This document shows positions 7,835 through 10,966 of a stretch of 10,966 nucleotides of DNA, piece by piece. The stretch is from contig CAZOYD010000093.1 of NCBI GenBank assembly GCA_964583985.1, positions 1 through 10,966 on the forward strand, in the 5' to 3' direction. Made by a program: the position numbers and the translations under genes. The first letter of the stretch is position 1, and each line of letters opens with the position of its first letter. The stretch comes from an uncultured archaeon. GTDB lineage: Archaea; Asgardarchaeota; Lokiarchaeia; Sigyniarchaeales; SOKP01. The notes under the pieces are model-generated. The model did not search any database and had not been told where the DNA came from. It saw only the letters and a list, made by a program, of their open reading frames with translations.

Positions 7835-8176
7835 TTATTTCTTATCATTTTTTCTAAGTGGCGCTTTAGCTTCCTCTCGTTCAAGCTCTTTTCTTTTTTC
7901 ATTGTAATACAACTCTAAAGTAGAATCAGGTAAAATGCCCTTTAATTCTTTAAACATGCTTGCATTTGTTTGTTTCTCTACTAACTCTCTGGCGTACCTA
8001 ATAGCAGCAACTATATCCCCTTTAGTTAAATGCGGATATTCCACAATAATTTCCTCGAAAGATAAACCTGCTTCTAGCAGTTCCAGTATAAGAGTTATGT
8101 AAATTCTCGTTCCTTTAATACATGGTTTACCAAGACAAATATCTGGATTTATGGTTATTCGCTCTTCTTTCCCCAT
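7835..8176 (-). CDS. DUF433 family protein (putative antitoxin) with a ~45-aa C-terminal extension
   Basis: RITINPDICLGKPCIKGTRIYITLILELLEAGLSFEEIIVEYPHLTKGDIVAAIRYA is the canonical DUF433 pattern. Confidence 0.92.
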   Translation of the reverse strand: MGKEERITINPDICLGKPCIKGTRIYITLILELLEAGLSFEEIIVEYPHLTKGDIVAAIRYARELVEKQTNASMFKELKGILPDSTLELYYNEKRKELEREEAKAPLRKNDKK

Positions 8177-8241
8177 TTAACTCGACTCTCTCAATTATTA
8201 TTGTGGTTTTATTCCAATTTATATCGCTTTCTAATTAATTA

Positions 8242-8415
8242 TCAGTTTAAAGGATTGTGAACTTTTGATGACTCTACATTTTCAAATGCTTTATCGTTTG
8301 TAATGATATTTTTAACTTTATGACGATTCCTGGTGCAAATAATTGTGGAATTTCTCCTGCCAATCGAAATATTCTTCCCGTACTCATGAAAATAAATATT
8401 TATTGAATTACTCCT
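8242..8415 (-). pseudogene. 5'-truncated PIN/VapC toxin remnant
   Basis: Manual translation gives ...RRNSTIICTRNRHKVKNIITNDKAFENVESSKVHNPLN*, matching the VapC C-terminus (D-x-x-i-x-a-t...I-i-T-x-D-x-x-F...v-x-n-P). The open frame has no ATG/GTG/TTG. Confidence 0.7.
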
Positions 8416-8426
8416 TTATAAAACCT

Positions 8427-8654
8427 ATGGACTTTAATTATGATAAGATGGCAAATGTGCTTTACATTCAGTTTTCGGGTGAAAAAGTCGTAAATTCAGA
8501 TGAGATCGCAGATGGAATTATAATTGATTATGGCAAGAATGATAAAATTATCGGTGTGGAAGTTTTGAATTTTTCCGACCGAAAGCTCAACCTTAATGAT
8601 CTTGTACAAATGAATGTAGAAGAACTAATACCGAGACTAGCACAATGCCAATAA
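8427..8654 (+). CDS. DUF2283 family protein (putative antitoxin), no partner toxin upstream
   Basis: MDFNYDKMANVLYIQF...SDEIADGIIIDYGKNDKIIGVEVLNFS matches the DUF2283 pattern YD...D.LYI...D....iGiEil. Similarity begins at ATG 8427. Confidence 0.88.
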   Translation: MDFNYDKMANVLYIQFSGEKVVNSDEIADGIIIDYGKNDKIIGVEVLNFSDRKLNLNDLVQMNVEELIPRLAQCQ

Positions 8655-8723
8655 AGACATATCTGTGCAGTATTCGGGGTAGTTTCTCCCTGCTAATGGT
8701 ACGAGGGATTTTCATAAAGTTAT

Positions 8724-8753
8724 AACATCTTCTTTTACAAAAAGAAGAGTGTT
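8724..8753. terminator. 13-bp hairpin with one bulged G between convergent genes
   Basis: AACATCTTCTTTT-ACA-AAAAGAAGA(G)TGTT. Confidence 0.5.
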
Positions 8754-8824
8754 TCAGCCAGTCTTGTAATACAGATTTTCATCTCTCAGTCTTAAATTTT
8801 GAAAGTTTAAAGTATAATCATTTA

Positions 8825-9004
8825 CTAATCTGCTTTGATTTCATGGATTTACTGATTAACATAATCAATATATTTCATGCCTTTTTTTTCTGCCTCCATA
8901 CTAATAATCTTACGGGCGATATGAACATGTTATAGCACTTCATCTTCTGGAAATTCTAATTTAACTTCTTTTTTTATCTGTTCTACCTCATCTTCATTTA
9001 AAAT
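8825..9004 (-). pseudogene. Decayed small PIN-associated (antitoxin-like) gene
   Basis: Frame reads ILNEDEVEQIKKEVKLEFPEDEVL*HVHIARKIISMEAEKKGMKYIDYVNQ*IHEIKAD*, with TAA at 8932-8930 and 8851-8849. A GAGGTG SD-like motif lies 8 nt before an ATT (9004-9002) that is probably a mutated ATG. Confidence 0.7.
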
Positions 9005-9017
9005 ATCTGATACACCT

Positions 9018-9128
9018 CTATAATAATTCTGCTGGAGTTACAATTTCAATCTGCCTTAAATTGTTTGTAGTCATGATCATTTATATAATATCCTTAGTTT
9101 TCTTTCTCACGATATATCTACAATTAAT
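9018..9128 (-). pseudogene. C-terminal remnant of a PIN-domain toxin
   Basis: INCRYIVRKKTKDII*MIMTTNNLRQIEIVTPAELL* resembles the PIN tail SWNxxHIV...iN...gy..IeI.tP.El. There is an internal TAA at 9083-9081 and the 5' part is missing. Confidence 0.68.
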
Positions 9129-9199
9129 TTATTAGTTTTAACTGATATTAATTCAATAGTCAGTAAAGATGTAAATGAAATAACAAAAGGTTACGGAAA

Positions 9200-9721
9200 A
9201 TGAATACTAATATTTCCTTGGCTAAAAAATGGATTTCATCTGCTATAGCAGACTTGGAAAGATTTTTAAATAGCCTTAAAGCTGATGATTTTGCTGATGC
9301 TGCATATAGAAGTCAATTCGCTGTAGAAAAATTAAATAAATCCATTTTACTCTTATTAGGAACAAAATTCCAAAAAACACATGAGCCAACTAAAATTTTA
9401 CTGGATATCTTGAAAGATACAGAATCCAGGACTTTTGATAAAAAAACTAAGGCGTTATTTAAAGAAGTTATTAATTATTCCCTATTATTTGAAGAAGAAG
9501 GTACGAAGACAAGATATGGTCTATACAAGGATGAGGAATATGTAACTGCAGAGGAAATTTATAATTCATTTGAAAACATAAAGGATTTCATAAATAATCT
9601 GAAAAAGTTAATTTCTGCCTATATCGAAATTATCCAAGAAGTTTTTCAAATCCCCGAAGCTGAATTAGAGGACTTAAAAAAATTAAAGGATATTAAGGAG
9701 GATGTATCAAAATGGATATAG
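9200..9721 (+). CDS. HEPN domain protein (COG2250/PF05168-type) of a HEPN-MNT pair
   Basis: W...A..DL...A....AAYRSQFAVEKLNKS...KTHE...TRYG pattern; overlaps the downstream MNT gene by 10 nt. Confidence 0.88.
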   Translation: MNTNISLAKKWISSAIADLERFLNSLKADDFADAAYRSQFAVEKLNKSILLLLGTKFQKTHEPTKILLDILKDTESRTFDKKTKALFKEVINYSLLFEEEGTKTRYGLYKDEEYVTAEEIYNSFENIKDFINNLKKLISAYIEIIQEVFQIPEAELEDLKKLKDIKEDVSKWI

Positions 9722-10200
9722 ATATTTCATTTATTGAAAATAATTACTATTCTTCTTCTTTGAAAGAATACTTGGAGTGTTTATTTAAAAGCAAATTGCA
9801 AATCATGGGAATCATCCTATTCGGATCTTTGGCTAAAAAACAAGCAGAATACTCTCTTGATAAAATTAGTGATATTGATCTGCTCGTAGTTTTTGATAAT
9901 AACCAACTTCCAAGTAATGATAGAACCAGAACTAATTTTAAAATCGAATTAATGAAATATACGCTATCAGGAATCGATTCGATATGGATGAGCAAATCTG
10001 AATTTCAAGCGTCCTTAGATAATAAAAGGGATTTGATTTTAAGCATTCTCGATGAGGGTATTATCTTATACGATCAAGACCACTATATCCAAGATTCGCA
10101 AACAAAATTGTTCAAAGAACTGCGAGAAAAAGGGGTAAAGAAAAGAAAAATGTATTGGATATGGCCTCAGAAACATCTGGATGAAGAAATAAAGTGGTAA
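9712..10200 (+). CDS. Minimal nucleotidyltransferase (MNT, Pol beta superfamily)
   Basis: IILFGSLAK...SDIDLLVV (GS...DxD), ILDEGIILYD. A GGAGG lies upstream within the HEPN gene. Confidence 0.92.
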   Translation: MDIDISFIENNYYSSSLKEYLECLFKSKLQIMGIILFGSLAKKQAEYSLDKISDIDLLVVFDNNQLPSNDRTRTNFKIELMKYTLSGIDSIWMSKSEFQASLDNKRDLILSILDEGIILYDQDHYIQDSQTKLFKELREKGVKKRKMYWIWPQKHLDEEIKW

Positions 10201-10204
10201 TAGT

Positions 10205-10477
10205 TTAAATTTCGAAATTAAAAAAATCGAACTCTTTCTGAGCCTCTTCGACAGATTCTGGACCACCCACATGTTTTAGATGACGCCTATAGAACTCAGC
10301 TAAAAAAAGATCTACTTTCATATCTAACAAATTTGCCGCCTTTGAAAGTGATATTTTACCCTCGGCATATAAGTCTAAAATCCAGATAAGAAGACTCTTT
10401 TCTTCTAAATTTTTAGAAGTAAGACCAGTCAATTCAAGGAGTTCAGCTGGAAGCTTTATAGTTATTTTCTCTACCAT
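10205..10477 (-). CDS. UPF0175 family putative antitoxin (orphan)
   Basis: LYAEGKISLSKAANLLDMKVDLFLAEF is the canonical UPF0175 motif. The gene ends 4 nt from the convergent MNT stop, leaving no room for a PIN partner. Confidence 0.88.
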   Translation of the reverse strand: MVEKITIKLPAELLELTGLTSKNLEEKSLLIWILDLYAEGKISLSKAANLLDMKVDLFLAEFYRRHLKHVGGPESVEEAQKEFDFFNFEI

Positions 10478-10495
10478 TTTCCTATAGTACTAATA

Positions 10496-10513
10496 AGGTA
10501 TTTACCTATATAA
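10496..10513 (-). promoter_or_regulatory. TATA-like box (TTATATAG) abutting the short palindrome AGGTA-TT-TACCT
   Basis: Minus-strand TTATATAG at 10513-10506, about 29 nt upstream of ATG 10477; palindrome at 10496-10507. Confidence 0.4.
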
Positions 10514-10655
10514 TTTCTAGTGAGAGATTCAATTCTTTAATATTCAATCCTAAGATTTTTCATTTTTTCGATACAAAAATATTATCGATAACAAGGATGG
10601 AATAAAATAAAGATTTTAATACGAATAACGTCTACTGACTATTGGAGATGGTAAC

Positions 10656-10898
10656 ATGACCAGCATTCCAGTTGAAAAGGAATTATTAAAAGAGTTAATC
10701 GATTTCAAATTAAGTTTCTTACATGATGAAATTGATAAAATTTTGAACATATGGAATTATGAAGAATCTTCTAAATTCCTTCAGGATGCGCGGGATGGAA
10801 CTATTGAGGAAGCTGAAGATGATGCAATCACCTTGAGACAATTCCTACACGAAAGAGACGAATTACTGACGGTAAAGCTAAAATTGAATATTAACTGA
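10656..10898 (+). CDS. Small acidic helical hypothetical protein (antitoxin-like)
   Basis: ATG with GGAG at 10644-10647 and natural composition. The pattern ILxxWN....FLxDAxxG.ieEAExDA is one I associate with small archaeal proteins in TA clusters (recollection, not a search). Confidence 0.75.
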   Translation: MTSIPVEKELLKELIDFKLSFLHDEIDKILNIWNYEESSKFLQDARDGTIEEAEDDAITLRQFLHERDELLTVKLKLNIN

Positions 10899-10966
10899 AA
10901 TTCTATCCAGCCCCATCTCATTTATTAATTTTTATTGATAATAATTCATTAAAGAGTCCGAATTTA

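Noticed and set aside
8343-8426. N-terminal 28 aa of the predicted 103-aa ORF
   Set aside because: DUF2283 similarity starts at ATG 8427, and this stretch is better explained by the PIN remnant on the other strand.
8720-8757. attC-like reading of the bulged hairpin (TAAC...GTT), i.e. an integron cassette array
   Set aside because: Only about 35 nt, below the usual attC size; the right end does not fit GTTRRRY; there are no equivalent sites between other genes and no integrase.
8825-9128. TAA read-through or alternative genetic code to explain three in-frame TAAs
   Set aside because: Most intact genes in the window terminate at TAA, and the region also shows start loss and 5' truncation, so ordinary decay is the simpler explanation.
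9747-10272. Minus-strand ORFs 9747-9995 and 10066-10272
   Set aside because: They overlap the MNT gene antisense and show no recognisable motifs.
1-10966. CRISPR array, tRNA/rRNA, transposase or integrase
   Set aside because: No regularly spaced repeats, no GC-rich structured RNA segment and no recombinase motifs were seen.

Overview
AT-rich (~30% GC by eye) prokaryotic window. It is most likely archaeal, and Asgard/Lokiarchaeia-like by inference from the gene families, TATA-box promoters and leaderless-type starts. The left half (1-6000) carries an SDR oxidoreductase, a Cys-rich DUF3795-like protein, a crotonase-family enzyme, an alpha/beta hydrolase and a 669-aa unknown protein with ExERL pentapeptide charged-helix arms. 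The right half (6087-10898) is an accessory island. It opens with a stand-alone RNase III catalytic domain (no dsRBD) carrying a Dicer-like P-K-x3-[D/N]-x2-E motif. About 4.3 kb made almost entirely of toxin-antitoxin (TA) parts follows. This includes a three-gene antitoxin-PIN-antitoxin operon with a palindromic operator over its TATA box, a HEPN-MNT pair and several orphan antitoxin-type genes (DUF433, DUF2283, UPF0175, an 80-aa acidic protein). It also includes decayed remnants that the ORF track misses: two PIN toxin tails and one partner pseudogene. All family assignments come from motif recognition, not database searches.
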